Shown here piece after piece: positions 44,099 to 52,822 of a DNA stretch of 64,000 nucleotides. Each line of letters begins with the position of its first letter. Within the stretch, counting starts at the first letter, position 1. Source of the stretch: Pseudomonas phage vB_Paer_PsCh. A program made the position numbers and the translations under genes. The stretch lies in sequence record OM870969.1. One strand, 5' to 3'. The notes beneath the pieces are model-generated. The model searched no databases. It was given only the letters and a program-made list of their open reading frames with translations, and was not told where the DNA came from.

Positions 44099-44308
44099 AT
44101 GGCTGAGTTTTTCCTTGGGGCGGCCCTTGCAGGCTTGTTCTTTATGTTTAGTATCACTGCGAGCTTTACCGCCGAAGATATTGAGAAAGTGACTTCAACA
44201 TGCGAGAATAACGAAGGCGTCAAGTATTTCGGAGTTGACTTCTTCGGAGACGGTGCTGTACACTGCAACAGCGGCGCTATTTTCAAAATCGACCGCAAAT
44301 CTAAATAA
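44099..44308 (+). CDS. small membrane protein
   Basis: 69 aa with an N-terminal TM helix, RBS AGGAGGG. Confidence 0.45.
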   Translation: MAEFFLGAALAGLFFMFSITASFTAEDIEKVTSTCENNEGVKYFGVDFFGDGAVHCNSGAIFKIDRKSK

Positions 44309-44326
44309 TCGAAAAGGAGATATAAA

Positions 44327-44662
44327 ATGACTGATTTCAACATCACCCCTGAGCAAATGGAAGAAGCAATGGCAGGTATGAACCCGGAGCAGCGGGCTCT
44401 GGTAGAGAAAGCTCTGACCGACCGTAAATCTCTGGAAGACTCCATCGTAACCGAAGATGGCGAACTGGACTACGGCATGCTTGCACAGCATATCCGCACC
44501 AGCTTGGGTGATCTCCCGATTGTAATGGGTGGTCCTGATTTCCTGAAGCTGATGATTCTGGTTGCGGCTATGCCTCAGACCAAGGACGATCTCCTGACTC
44601 TGCACATGAACCTGTCCTTCATTCTGGACTGCATTCGTGAATCGATTAGCGACGAGGAGTAA
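44327..44662 (+). CDS. hypothetical protein
   Basis: 111 aa, RBS AAGGAGA. Confidence 0.45.
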   Translation: MTDFNITPEQMEEAMAGMNPEQRALVEKALTDRKSLEDSIVTEDGELDYGMLAQHIRTSLGDLPIVMGGPDFLKLMILVAAMPQTKDDLLTLHMNLSFILDCIRESISDEE

Positions 44663-44665
44663 CAA

Positions 44666-44881
44666 GTGGAAGAGATTGTAAAAGACGAGGCTGCCCTCTC
44701 TGGAGACGATCTCATGGTTGACTCGGCAGGGCTTGATGCCCTGCTGGCGTTCCTAGAGAGTCAGTTTAAAGGTCCGAAGGGTGTACTGAAGGGATATGTC
44801 ACTATGAGAGTGATGTGCGCTAAGATCGAGAGTCTTGACGGGTTTCAAGAGTTGAAAGATATGGAGGTGAACTTTGAGTAA
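44666..44881 (+). CDS. hypothetical protein (GTG start)
   Basis: 71 aa from GTG 44666 after GAGGAG. Confidence 0.4.
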   Translation: MEEIVKDEAALSGDDLMVDSAGLDALLAFLESQFKGPKGVLKGYVTMRVMCAKIESLDGFQELKDMEVNFE

Positions 44882-45824
44882 CGATATCATCGACGTTCAT
44901 GCTGGGCAACCGATTTCTCTGGTGCAACGGTCAAAGAATCCTATCAATATTCAATATTGGGACGCCGATACCATCCCTTACGGCACAGTCTTGGTTGTTA
45001 CCGAGGAAAGGGGTGATATACGAAAGGGAGAATTGGTCGTAAGGCTGGCTAGTAGTGCAGATGATGAGCACTCTGTTAGGGTATGTAGATTCTCTGATTT
45101 CTTCCTCCTAATTGAGAGGGGTTATGACGCAGCCAGTCTCGGCGACGTTAAACAAGCGTATGATGTTCTGTTCGAAGATAACCCAGTGACTACCTTTGTT
45201 AACTGGGATCGGGCTCAGCCTTTGACAAACAGTGAGCGCTACTACGGAGACTTTCTGATTGGCGGCGACCCTAAAGGGATGCCACTATTCAACATGGCTG
45301 TTCTTAAAAATGTTCTGTCGCCTTACACTGCCGACGATGAGGAACTTTCAGCTATGACCGGGAATCCCGAGACAGTAGAGCACAAAGAAGTTGACGAACT
45401 AAGTGAGAGGGACGAGGCTTTAGCCGAGGTCGACAGACTCAATGAAGAGCTTGTTGCACTGGGTAAGAAGGTTGTGTTCGCCAACCTAGAGGACTACCTA
45501 GGCAAAGAAAACTATGCCACATTGGAAGCTATGGCTAACCACAAGGACGCTGTAGGCAGCGGAGGCTCCTCCAGTTACTACACTGTCAAGGTGAATAACC
45601 CCACTACGAAGGCTAACATGCCGTATTTTGCAGAGTGCAACGATATCATCGAAGCGCTGGATATGCGATTCGGTCAAGGCAACATGTTCAAAGCGTTGTG
45701 GCGGGCTGCGGCAGCACAGAACCTAGGCAAGCTGAAGGCCGGTAACGATGTTATCCGGGACTACGAGAAAGTCATCTTCTTCGCTCAGTTGGAGATCGAT
45801 AAGATTCTCAGAGAAAGGGGTTGA
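44874..45824 (+). CDS. hypothetical protein
   Basis: 316-aa ORF with an acidic middle region. Confidence 0.5.
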   Translation: MSNDIIDVHAGQPISLVQRSKNPINIQYWDADTIPYGTVLVVTEERGDIRKGELVVRLASSADDEHSVRVCRFSDFFLLIERGYDAASLGDVKQAYDVLFEDNPVTTFVNWDRAQPLTNSERYYGDFLIGGDPKGMPLFNMAVLKNVLSPYTADDEELSAMTGNPETVEHKEVDELSERDEALAEVDRLNEELVALGKKVVFANLEDYLGKENYATLEAMANHKDAVGSGGSSSYYTVKVNNPTTKANMPYFAECNDIIEALDMRFGQGNMFKALWRAAAAQNLGKLKAGNDVIRDYEKVIFFAQLEIDKILRERG

Positions 45825-45849
45825 CATTCTCCCCGAGGCTTGCGATAAT
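45821..45849 (+). promoter_or_regulatory. sigma70-like promoter with -35 inside a GGGG/CCCC hairpin
   Basis: AGGGG-TTGACA-TTCTCCCC, 17-nt spacer, GATAAT. Confidence 0.45.
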
Positions 45850-45883
45850 AGGCTCCAAGTTGAAACGAAGGAGGTATGTAGAT

Positions 45884-45976
45884 ATGATCCAGAAAGTAAA
45901 ACAGAAGCTTATGATGGTGCATCCTATCCTCGCTAGCGAGATCGTCTGGTGCCTCACCTTCGCAATGCTTCAATAA
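45884..45976 (+). CDS. small hydrophobic peptide (30 aa)
   Basis: ATG with strong RBS GAAGGAGGT. Encodes MIQKVKQKLMMVHPILASEIVWCLTFAMLQ. Lies between promoter 45821-45849 and terminator 45980-46005. Confidence 0.35.
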   Translation: MIQKVKQKLMMVHPILASEIVWCLTFAMLQ

Positions 45977-45979
45977 GAT

Positions 45980-46005
45980 AAGGGAGCTTCGGCTCCCTTT
46001 ATTGT
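45980..46005 (+). terminator. rho-independent terminator (UUCG tetraloop)
   Basis: GGGAGC-TTCG-GCTCCC hairpin followed by TTTATTGT. Confidence 0.65.
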
Positions 46006-46030
46006 ATCAAAGATTTAATAAGGAGAGTTT

Positions 46031-46978
46031 ATGCAAATTTCTGCAAAAGTGATTCAACACAGTTCCCGGATCGGCCTAGGTACGAAGAATCACAGATTCA
46101 TCACTACATTCGAACTGGAGTATCCTCGGTTTATTCACAGTGAACTTATGACTCACCGACTTTTTAGTCGAAATGCTGCAAGTAGTCGTGCCATTCCCGT
46201 TGCCCATATGATCCGACAGGTGGAAGAGAATCCTGCGATGCCTGTTCACTGGGGAATGAATCAACCGGGTATGCAAGCTGAGTTCGAACTGAGTGAGTGT
46301 TTGCAGCGTAGCTCTCAGTACCTGTGGAAGAAGGCTGCAAAGAGTGCGGCTCGGATCGCTAGCGCACTAAATAAAATGGGACTCCACAAGCAGGTGGTTA
46401 ACCGTCTCCTTGAGCCATTCCAGATGATGAAGACCGTTGTTACAGCCACGGAACTAGATAACTTCTTCTACCTGCGTTGCCATAAAGACGCACAACCGGA
46501 GATCAAGGTTCTCGCTGAGAAAATGTATGAGGCTCTTATTAAAGCGGGCCCGGCAGAGGCTCTATATGACGGAGAGTGGCATGTTCCTTATGTGACTCGG
46601 TTCCGCATAGGGGATGGTAAGCTGCGTTACGCAGATTGTAACGGGCAAGAACTGAGCGTAGAGGATGCTATTAAGGTATCTGCTAGCTGCTGTGCTCAGG
46701 TTAGCTATAGGAAGAACGACGAGACTCTGGAGAAAGCTCTTGTAATCTACAACCGATTGGTAGATACTAAGCCCGTTCACGCTAGCCCGTTCGAACACCA
46801 AGCAACACCGATGCTCCGCATCTCGGACAATCAAACTGGATGGGAAGACGGTGTGACGCACTTGGACCAATATGGTGACCTCTGGTCTGGTAACTTCCGA
46901 GGTTTCATCCAACATCGTCAACTAATTAAAGGGCACGTATGTAATGAGTACTACGGCCAAGAAGAGGAAGGAGTTTAA
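46031..46978 (+). CDS. thyX: FAD-dependent thymidylate synthase ThyX-like (variant signature)
   Basis: 315 aa, RBS AAGGAGAG. ThyX signature region ELMTHRLFSRNAASSRA, i.e. RHRx7S with Thr replacing the first Arg. Confidence 0.6.
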   Translation: MQISAKVIQHSSRIGLGTKNHRFITTFELEYPRFIHSELMTHRLFSRNAASSRAIPVAHMIRQVEENPAMPVHWGMNQPGMQAEFELSECLQRSSQYLWKKAAKSAARIASALNKMGLHKQVVNRLLEPFQMMKTVVTATELDNFFYLRCHKDAQPEIKVLAEKMYEALIKAGPAEALYDGEWHVPYVTRFRIGDGKLRYADCNGQELSVEDAIKVSASCCAQVSYRKNDETLEKALVIYNRLVDTKPVHASPFEHQATPMLRISDNQTGWEDGVTHLDQYGDLWSGNFRGFIQHRQLIKGHVCNEYYGQEEEGV

Positions 46979-46980
46979 AA

Positions 46981-47325
46981 ATGGCAGAATATAACCTGAG
47001 TCTGGAAGACCTCATGCTGGTCGATGGCTTCAAAGAGGCGTTCCAGAGTAATAATGAAAAAGTAGTGCGGGAGCATCTGTGGACTAACGGCATGGATGTT
47101 AAAAACTACTCGTATGAAATGGTTTTCTGTCAGCATCGCACCCTGATTGGCCGAGTCGTAGAGGGTCTACGGTTCTCTGGCTTTGAGCGTACCGACAAGG
47201 AGTGGTTGAGCCTCGGCTGTGCCTCGCTGGAAGCTCATATCGCAGCGTGTGATGATAGCAATCTACGGTTCACTCTTCGTAAGATGCGACCAGAGGGATC
47301 GACAGAGGCAACGTTCCACAATTAA
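46981..47325 (+). CDS. hypothetical protein
   Basis: 114-aa ORF. Confidence 0.45.
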   Translation: MAEYNLSLEDLMLVDGFKEAFQSNNEKVVREHLWTNGMDVKNYSYEMVFCQHRTLIGRVVEGLRFSGFERTDKEWLSLGCASLEAHIAACDDSNLRFTLRKMRPEGSTEATFHN

Positions 47326-47341
47326 TGCAGTAGGAGTATAT

Positions 47342-48388
47342 ATGGAAGTTACAAAGGCTCTCGTAGATGAGGCCGATATTTTCAATAAGATCACACAAAT
47401 CAGGACTCCAACGGAGTCCTATGCCCGGAAATATCCGGTCATTGTCGAACTAGCAAACCAGCAACTAGAAGAGAAGTTGTGGTTCTCTAGCGAAATGAAG
47501 GTAGAGCTGGATAAGTTGAACCTGAAGTTTAAGTTGGAACCTCATCAGCTTCACGCTGTAAAGACTGTCCTTCAACTGTTCCTCAAATACGAACTGATCG
47601 TAGGTGAGGAGTTTTGGATGGGTAAAGTAGTCCGAACGTTCCCTCGCCCAGAGGTTAAACTAGCGGCTTCGATCCTGTGCATGATGGAATTGGCAGTCCA
47701 CGCTGAATTCTACAACCAGATCAACGTAGTGCTGGGGATGGATACAGATGCGGACTATGTAGCTTACAAGGACGACCCCGAGCTTATGGGTCGGATGGAC
47801 TGGCTTGAGTCTGTTCTAGGCGATGAAGACGATGTTCTTTCGGTAATTATCTTCAGCCTAACAGAGACTGCCCTTCTGTTCAGTTCCTTCGCTATCCTGA
47901 AGAGCTTCCAGTGCAATGGGTACAACGATATCCCTGTAATCGCACGCGGAGCTAACCAGAGCGCTGTGGACGAGGACTTGCACGGTGTAGTTTCGGCTGA
48001 GATCATCAACCAATACTACGCTGAGATTGGGCGGCCACTATCTGAAGACACCCGTCGTGTCGAGAAGATTCGACAGGCAATTGACCATGTGTATGCCCAC
48101 GAATGCCGTATCGTAGACATGGCCATCCCGGGCGGAGAGCTTAATGGAGAGTCTGCGGAGAACTACAAAGCGTTTGTTCGTTATCGTCTGAACGTCTGGT
48201 GCCGTCGTCTTGGTCTAGAAGATCACTTCGAGAACGATGACACTCCGATCAAAGATTGGTTCGAAATGAACACGTACGCTTACAAAATGATTGACTTCTT
48301 TACTCCGGGAATGGGCATGGAGTACGAACTGGGGTGGGATGAAGAGGAACTAGCAAAGGCTTGGGAAGAGGAGCTGAAATATGAGTAA
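47342..48388 (+). CDS. nrdB: ribonucleotide reductase small (beta) subunit
   Basis: 348 aa from ATG 47342 (RBS AGGAGTATAT). Di-iron ligand motifs ELAVHAEFY and DEDLHGV; LFSSFAILKSF segment. Confidence 0.75.
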   Translation: MEVTKALVDEADIFNKITQIRTPTESYARKYPVIVELANQQLEEKLWFSSEMKVELDKLNLKFKLEPHQLHAVKTVLQLFLKYELIVGEEFWMGKVVRTFPRPEVKLAASILCMMELAVHAEFYNQINVVLGMDTDADYVAYKDDPELMGRMDWLESVLGDEDDVLSVIIFSLTETALLFSSFAILKSFQCNGYNDIPVIARGANQSAVDEDLHGVVSAEIINQYYAEIGRPLSEDTRRVEKIRQAIDHVYAHECRIVDMAIPGGELNGESAENYKAFVRYRLNVWCRRLGLEDHFENDDTPIKDWFEMNTYAYKMIDFFTPGMGMEYELGWDEEELAKAWEEELKYE

Positions 48389-50126
48389 GAGAGACACATT
48401 CAACTATTCCGAAGCTAGGAAAAACAGTCAAGCAGCAGGAGAGACTCCTCTGTGGTATACGACGGCTGGCTACCAGTTGTTCATGAAGAAATATTCAAAT
48501 GAGGGAGAGTCTGTTCGCTCTCGTTTTGAGACTGTAGCCAGAGCTATGGCTCAGCACGCCCCTATGGTGTATCCTGAGTGGTGGGAGGAGGACGAATACA
48601 CTAGAGGCAAGGACTGGGAACAGGTATTCTTCGACGTTATGTGGGACGGTTTTGTAAGCCCATCCACTCCGCTTCTGTCGAACGGTGGGCTCCGCAAGAA
48701 GGGCACTACGGTATCCTGTGCAGGCGGGTTGATGGACAACAACCTCTATGACCGTTACAATGTAATGACGGAGATTGCAGTGCTAACGAAGCATAGTCAC
48801 GGCACAAGCTTCAGCCTGACCAACTGGCCATCCGAAGGCGATGCCATTCGTGGCGGAGAGTCACAGGGTGTTATGCCTGTCATTCGTGACGTTATCAACG
48901 TCATGGAAGAGGTCGCACAGGGTTCTCGTCGTGGTAGCTGTGCCTACAGCATTAACCCCCGCCACGGGGACTTCTGGAACGTTATCGATCACCTGTACAA
49001 GCGTACAGAATCGAACAACGTCGGATGGTTGCTGGACGACAATTGGTGCAAGGCTATGGCCGAGAAAGACCCTGAAACGCTGAAACGATGGAAGCGGATG
49101 ATGTTCGTTAAGCTGGCAAGAGGCAAGGGCTACTTCACGTTCATTGACAAGATGAACCGGCACCTCGCAGAGCCGTTCAAGCGAGCAGGTCTGAAGGTAG
49201 AGGCATCTAATCTTTGCCAAGAAACTGTGCTTCCAGCTAATGACTTCTACACATTCAGTTGCGTTATCCTGAACTACAACCTCGAACTTTACCGTTCTTG
49301 GCCTAAGCACCTTGTGTTCATTGGGCAGGTTATGTCTGATTGCAACATCAGTGAATACCTAGCAACCATGGATGAGGTCAGCGTTCAGGACCGCCGAGCA
49401 CTGGAGAAGATTTACCGATTCACCAAGGACTTCAGGGCGCTTGGTAGCGGTGTTCTAGGGTTCCACACCCTGCTACAGCGGGAGCGATTCCCGGTCGGCA
49501 GTATGGATGCTATGTTCCTGAACAACGCCATCTTCAAGGGTATGAAGGAGCAAGCGGAGGCTTGCAATAGTTGGCTAGCCGAGGTTCTAGGAGAGCCAAC
49601 CGGGTGCCGTGGACTAGGGAAGCGTAACGCCACTACGATGATGATGCCGCCAACTAAATCGACGGCTGAACTCATGGCGGGGGCCTCTGAGGGTATCGGG
49701 CTGGACGTGGCTATGTGCTTCACAAAGCAGAGCGCTGGAGGTGAATTCTTCCGTGTCAACAAGGTGCTTCTGGAGATCATCCAAGAGCGCGGACTGGATT
49801 GGGAAGAGTGCGCTAGACAGATCAACGAACGTAAGGGGAGTGTTCAGCACGTAGACTGGTTGACTGACCACGAAAAGGCTGTGTTCCGTACTGCCTTTGA
49901 GGTGAGAATGGAAGACTACCTGCGTCTGTGCTCTCAGCGGCAGAAGTACATCGACCAAGGTCAGAGCATCAACCTGTACTTCACGTCGAACGACTCGCCG
50001 GCTTACATTTCGTACATCCATCGTCTCGCCATGGAAGACCCGAACATCCTATCTCTGTACTACATCTACAGTATGAGAGGAGCGGGAGATATCTCCAGAA
50101 CAGAAGAATGTGAAATGTGCATGTAA
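48381..50126 (+). CDS. nrdA: ribonucleotide reductase large (alpha) subunit
   Basis: 581 aa. Active-site loop ASNLCQETVLP (N-x-C-x-E) and C-terminal Cys pair CEMCM. Translationally coupled to the beta subunit. Confidence 0.7.
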   Translation: MSKRDTFNYSEARKNSQAAGETPLWYTTAGYQLFMKKYSNEGESVRSRFETVARAMAQHAPMVYPEWWEEDEYTRGKDWEQVFFDVMWDGFVSPSTPLLSNGGLRKKGTTVSCAGGLMDNNLYDRYNVMTEIAVLTKHSHGTSFSLTNWPSEGDAIRGGESQGVMPVIRDVINVMEEVAQGSRRGSCAYSINPRHGDFWNVIDHLYKRTESNNVGWLLDDNWCKAMAEKDPETLKRWKRMMFVKLARGKGYFTFIDKMNRHLAEPFKRAGLKVEASNLCQETVLPANDFYTFSCVILNYNLELYRSWPKHLVFIGQVMSDCNISEYLATMDEVSVQDRRALEKIYRFTKDFRALGSGVLGFHTLLQRERFPVGSMDAMFLNNAIFKGMKEQAEACNSWLAEVLGEPTGCRGLGKRNATTMMMPPTKSTAELMAGASEGIGLDVAMCFTKQSAGGEFFRVNKVLLEIIQERGLDWEECARQINERKGSVQHVDWLTDHEKAVFRTAFEVRMEDYLRLCSQRQKYIDQGQSINLYFTSNDSPAYISYIHRLAMEDPNILSLYYIYSMRGAGDISRTEECEMCM

Positions 50127-50143
50127 AATCATTGGCCCGGGGC

Positions 50144-50172
50144 TTGACAGCTTCCGGGCCTTTGTGTATTCT
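50144..50172 (+). promoter_or_regulatory. sigma70-like promoter with -35 in a hairpin loop
   Basis: GCCCGG-GGCTTGACAGCTT-CCGGGC, 17-nt spacer, TATTCT. Confidence 0.45.
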
Positions 50173-50200
50173 GAGCACATCAAAACAAGGAGGGACTAAA

Positions 50201-50347
50201 ATGAACAAATTCTCTGAAGTGTACTACACTTGGAGCGCAGCGTGCTCTCGTACAAATATCTTGATAGATATGGGATGGACTGCTACAATCCGTCGAGACT
50301 TCACTGGCGGGATCAACCCTGTATGGGTTGTGGAGTTCACGCGATGA
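50201..50347 (+). CDS. small hypothetical protein
   Basis: 48 aa from ATG 50201 with RBS AAGGAGGG. Confidence 0.35.
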   Translation: MNKFSEVYYTWSAACSRTNILIDMGWTATIRRDFTGGINPVWVVEFTR

Positions 50348-50571
50348 ACAGCAAACTCCGCAAAGAGTTCGATAAATGGTGGGGACAGGACGAGCAAGAA
50401 GAACTTCGTAAATCCTGTGCCAAAGGATGGGCGGAATATATCTGGATGGCTAGTCGAAGAAAAGTGAGTGTTGAGCTTCCCGCGCCAGAAGGCGGATTTA
50501 TCGACATCCAAAAGTACACAATCAATCGCTGCAAAGAAGCTATCCGCGAAACAGGACTGGAGGTGTTTTAA
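50344..50571 (+). CDS. hypothetical protein
   Basis: 75 aa from ATG 50344 with an ATGA overlap. Confidence 0.4.
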   Translation: MNSKLRKEFDKWWGQDEQEELRKSCAKGWAEYIWMASRRKVSVELPAPEGGFIDIQKYTINRCKEAIRETGLEVF

Positions 50572-50804
50572 TGAAAGAATATTTTAAAAAGCGACTAATG
50601 CAGACCAGTGAACCGTTCGATTCAGCGACGCAAGCTATGGACGTAGCGATTGCGTGGGGAGGGGCTAAGTACTGCGAATTCACTTGCGTAACTGCGGATA
50701 ATCGCGTCATCAGCATCTGGGAGTACAATGACGTAGAGCCTGATAAACCGGTATTCAATGGACAGCAACGAATCTTAGTTCCAACTTTTGAGGAGGTAGT
50801 ATAA
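50571..50804 (+). CDS. hypothetical protein
   Basis: 77 aa, RBS GGAGGTG. Confidence 0.45.
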   Translation: MKEYFKKRLMQTSEPFDSATQAMDVAIAWGGAKYCEFTCVTADNRVISIWEYNDVEPDKPVFNGQQRILVPTFEEVV

Positions 50805-51040
50805 TGGAACAAACTATTGATAAATCTCGGTATATTGTGCTTGATAACGAAGGCCGGCACGTTCTGACCTTGTGCGAGGTGGCCGTCTATAACCTACTTA
50901 AAGGCATTCAGTGGACAAAGGACAAGGATGGTCAAATCCATGTAAATGGTGTCACAGGCGTTGAACTCGGAGTTCGTCAAGGGATTATCGCTGAAGTATT
51001 CCTGTATCCGGGCTACATCATCCTAGAAGAGGTAGACTAA
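50804..51040 (+). CDS. hypothetical protein
   Basis: 78 aa, RBS GAGGAGGT. Confidence 0.45.
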   Translation: MEQTIDKSRYIVLDNEGRHVLTLCEVAVYNLLKGIQWTKDKDGQIHVNGVTGVELGVRQGIIAEVFLYPGYIILEEVD

Positions 51041-51354
51041 TGGATATGTTCGATAAATACATGCAAGTTATGTATGACCGGGACGCTTTCTCAAGGCGAG
51101 TCGGTGAGTTAGAAAAAGAGGTAGCCGAACTCAAGGCTAAGGTGGCTATCGCCAAGTGTGATATGCGTGTCGTGAAAACCCTACTGGAAGATATCCAATG
51201 GGTGTATCAAGACGAAGCTGTCTATACTCTACCGGGCTACGTTTGCCCTTGTTGCGGGGAATCTGCAAACTATGGGCATTTCCAAGGCAGCTTCGATAAG
51301 AGCCCCTGCCTACTAGCTTGTGTACTGAGCCGGAGTGAAGCATATGAAGCCTAA
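51040..51354 (+). CDS. hypothetical protein (coiled coil plus CxxC pair)
   Basis: 104 aa, RBS GAAGAGGT. CPCCGESANYGH motif. Confidence 0.45.
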   Translation: MDMFDKYMQVMYDRDAFSRRVGELEKEVAELKAKVAIAKCDMRVVKTLLEDIQWVYQDEAVYTLPGYVCPCCGESANYGHFQGSFDKSPCLLACVLSRSEAYEA

Positions 51355-51529
51355 TGTTGTAGACTCGCTAGGCATTAACATGTGCTACGCCTGCGGAGGT
51401 AAACTGTACGTCCGAGGAGTATGCACTATCTACTGCCCTGATTGCGAGAAGGCAACGAAAGATAAACCGTTCGTCAGGATGCAGCTTCTACAGGATATCG
51501 AAGACAGCAAGAGGGTTGACAACGAATAG
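51335..51529 (+). CDS. zinc-ribbon protein
   Basis: 64 aa. CYACGG..(11)..CPDCEK. Confidence 0.4.
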   Translation: MKHMKPNVVDSLGINMCYACGGKLYVRGVCTIYCPDCEKATKDKPFVRMQLLQDIEDSKRVDNE

Positions 51530-51569
51530 AAGTGCTAGTAAGATGGCCACATCAGACAGAGGAGGAGCC

Positions 51570-51818
51570 ATGGCTACAACAGAGAAGATCATCGAGTATG
51601 TCTCGGCCTGTATCGAACGCTTGCAAGAGGACGTAACTGGGTACTCGGAGAACTTCCGTGACAGGGCGTTATCTAATCGCACAGGGTATATTCACGGGCT
51701 TATCACTATGGCTGAAATGAATGAGCAGGTGAGTATCGAGGACTGTGACAAGCTCCGTGCAAAGCTTCGTGAAGCTGCTGAGGCTGTGTTGAACGTACTG
51801 GATTCCAAAATTAAATAG
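51570..51818 (+). CDS. hypothetical protein
   Basis: 82 aa from ATG 51570 after GAGGAGGAG. The ORF-track start at 51516 is a TTG inside a promoter-like TTGACA-17-TAAGAT sequence. Confidence 0.4.
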   Translation: MATTEKIIEYVSACIERLQEDVTGYSENFRDRALSNRTGYIHGLITMAEMNEQVSIEDCDKLRAKLREAAEAVLNVLDSKIK

Positions 51819-51829
51819 GAGGTGTTCTG

Positions 51830-52315
51830 ATGAATATGAAAGAGATTGTGCAGGCTTTGATTGTCGTTGTCACTCTGACTCTCGCAGCAGTAGGTTTTGT
51901 AGTCGGGATTACTAAATTGGCCAACAAGAGCGTGCCTGCCGAGGATATCGTCGTATCTACTGAAGACGGCACTATCAATCTCGGTCGCTCCGTGAAGAGC
52001 GAGAAGTTGCTGTATAGCATGTGTATCAAGGTAGAAGACCGCAAACCTGCTTGCGAGTTCACCACCAAGGATCGTGTCCTCAGCGAAGTGAAACAGGTTA
52101 TGCGACCGGGCGAGGCTACTGCCCGAGATATTAAGATTGCAGTAAACGCGGCTGTGACGTATACTGGTGAGAACGGGCAGGAAGCAACTTCTCTGATTAC
52201 CCCGAAAGGTAAGTATCTCCCGGCTGGCACCCCGTCTGAAGTACATATTCAGGCTATTGCGAATCTGTTCGACAGCGTGTACAATGACTACAAACAAAAC
52301 TTCAGCAAGATGTGA
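51830..52315 (+). CDS. membrane protein
   Basis: 161 aa, RBS TAGGAGGTG. N-terminal TM helix (IVQALIVVVTLTLAAVGFVVGI). Confidence 0.5.
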   Translation: MNMKEIVQALIVVVTLTLAAVGFVVGITKLANKSVPAEDIVVSTEDGTINLGRSVKSEKLLYSMCIKVEDRKPACEFTTKDRVLSEVKQVMRPGEATARDIKIAVNAAVTYTGENGQEATSLITPKGKYLPAGTPSEVHIQAIANLFDSVYNDYKQNFSKM

Positions 52316-52324
52316 GGAGGACTC

Positions 52325-52519
52325 ATGAAAGCACAGCCTAAAGAAGTAGAAACCCTGTCCCTCGACAAGCGCCCCAAGGCAGGTGATGTTGTTCGACTGC
52401 GGTCTGACGGTAAAACCTACGAGGTAAATGCTGTATATCCCACGGCAGTAGGCTGGGAAGCGATTCTCCGCAACATGTACGACAAGACTAAGACCGTCAC
52501 TGTCGGCATGGAGTGGTGA
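52325..52519 (+). CDS. hypothetical protein
   Basis: 64 aa, RBS GAGGAGGA. Confidence 0.45.
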   Translation: MKAQPKEVETLSLDKRPKAGDVVRLRSDGKTYEVNAVYPTAVGWEAILRNMYDKTKTVTVGMEW

Positions 52520-52520
52520 A

Positions 52521-52760
52521 ATGGCAAGAACCGGCAAGTGCGTAAACTTCCTACCTGTCACGCCGGACGGGCGAGTAATCGTCCGATTCGGCAAGAAAAG
52601 GCTAGGCTGGCTTGGTAAACAGGGTAAGAAGTGGCACTACTACCCTTATGGATGCGAAGGCAAGATTAAATCAGAGGGGTTTAAAACACTCGCTGAAATC
52701 AAGGCTTGGATTCGAGACCCCGATGCTGTCTGGCCCGGTCCAAAGCCTGAGATTGACTAA
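52521..52760 (+). CDS. hypothetical protein
   Basis: 79 aa coupled to the upstream gene; basic. Confidence 0.45.
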   Translation: MARTGKCVNFLPVTPDGRVIVRFGKKRLGWLGKQGKKWHYYPYGCEGKIKSEGFKTLAEIKAWIRDPDAVWPGPKPEID

Positions 52761-52822
52761 TTAGCCGACGAATGCTACAATGGTATGTAGGAAATTCCCT
52801 ACTCAATATAAGGAAACTAGCA

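Noticed and set aside
51692-52594. 300-aa minus-strand ORF (and nested 51811..52230)
   Set aside because: Antisense to a run of well-formed plus-strand early genes with RBSs. No minus-strand expression signals.
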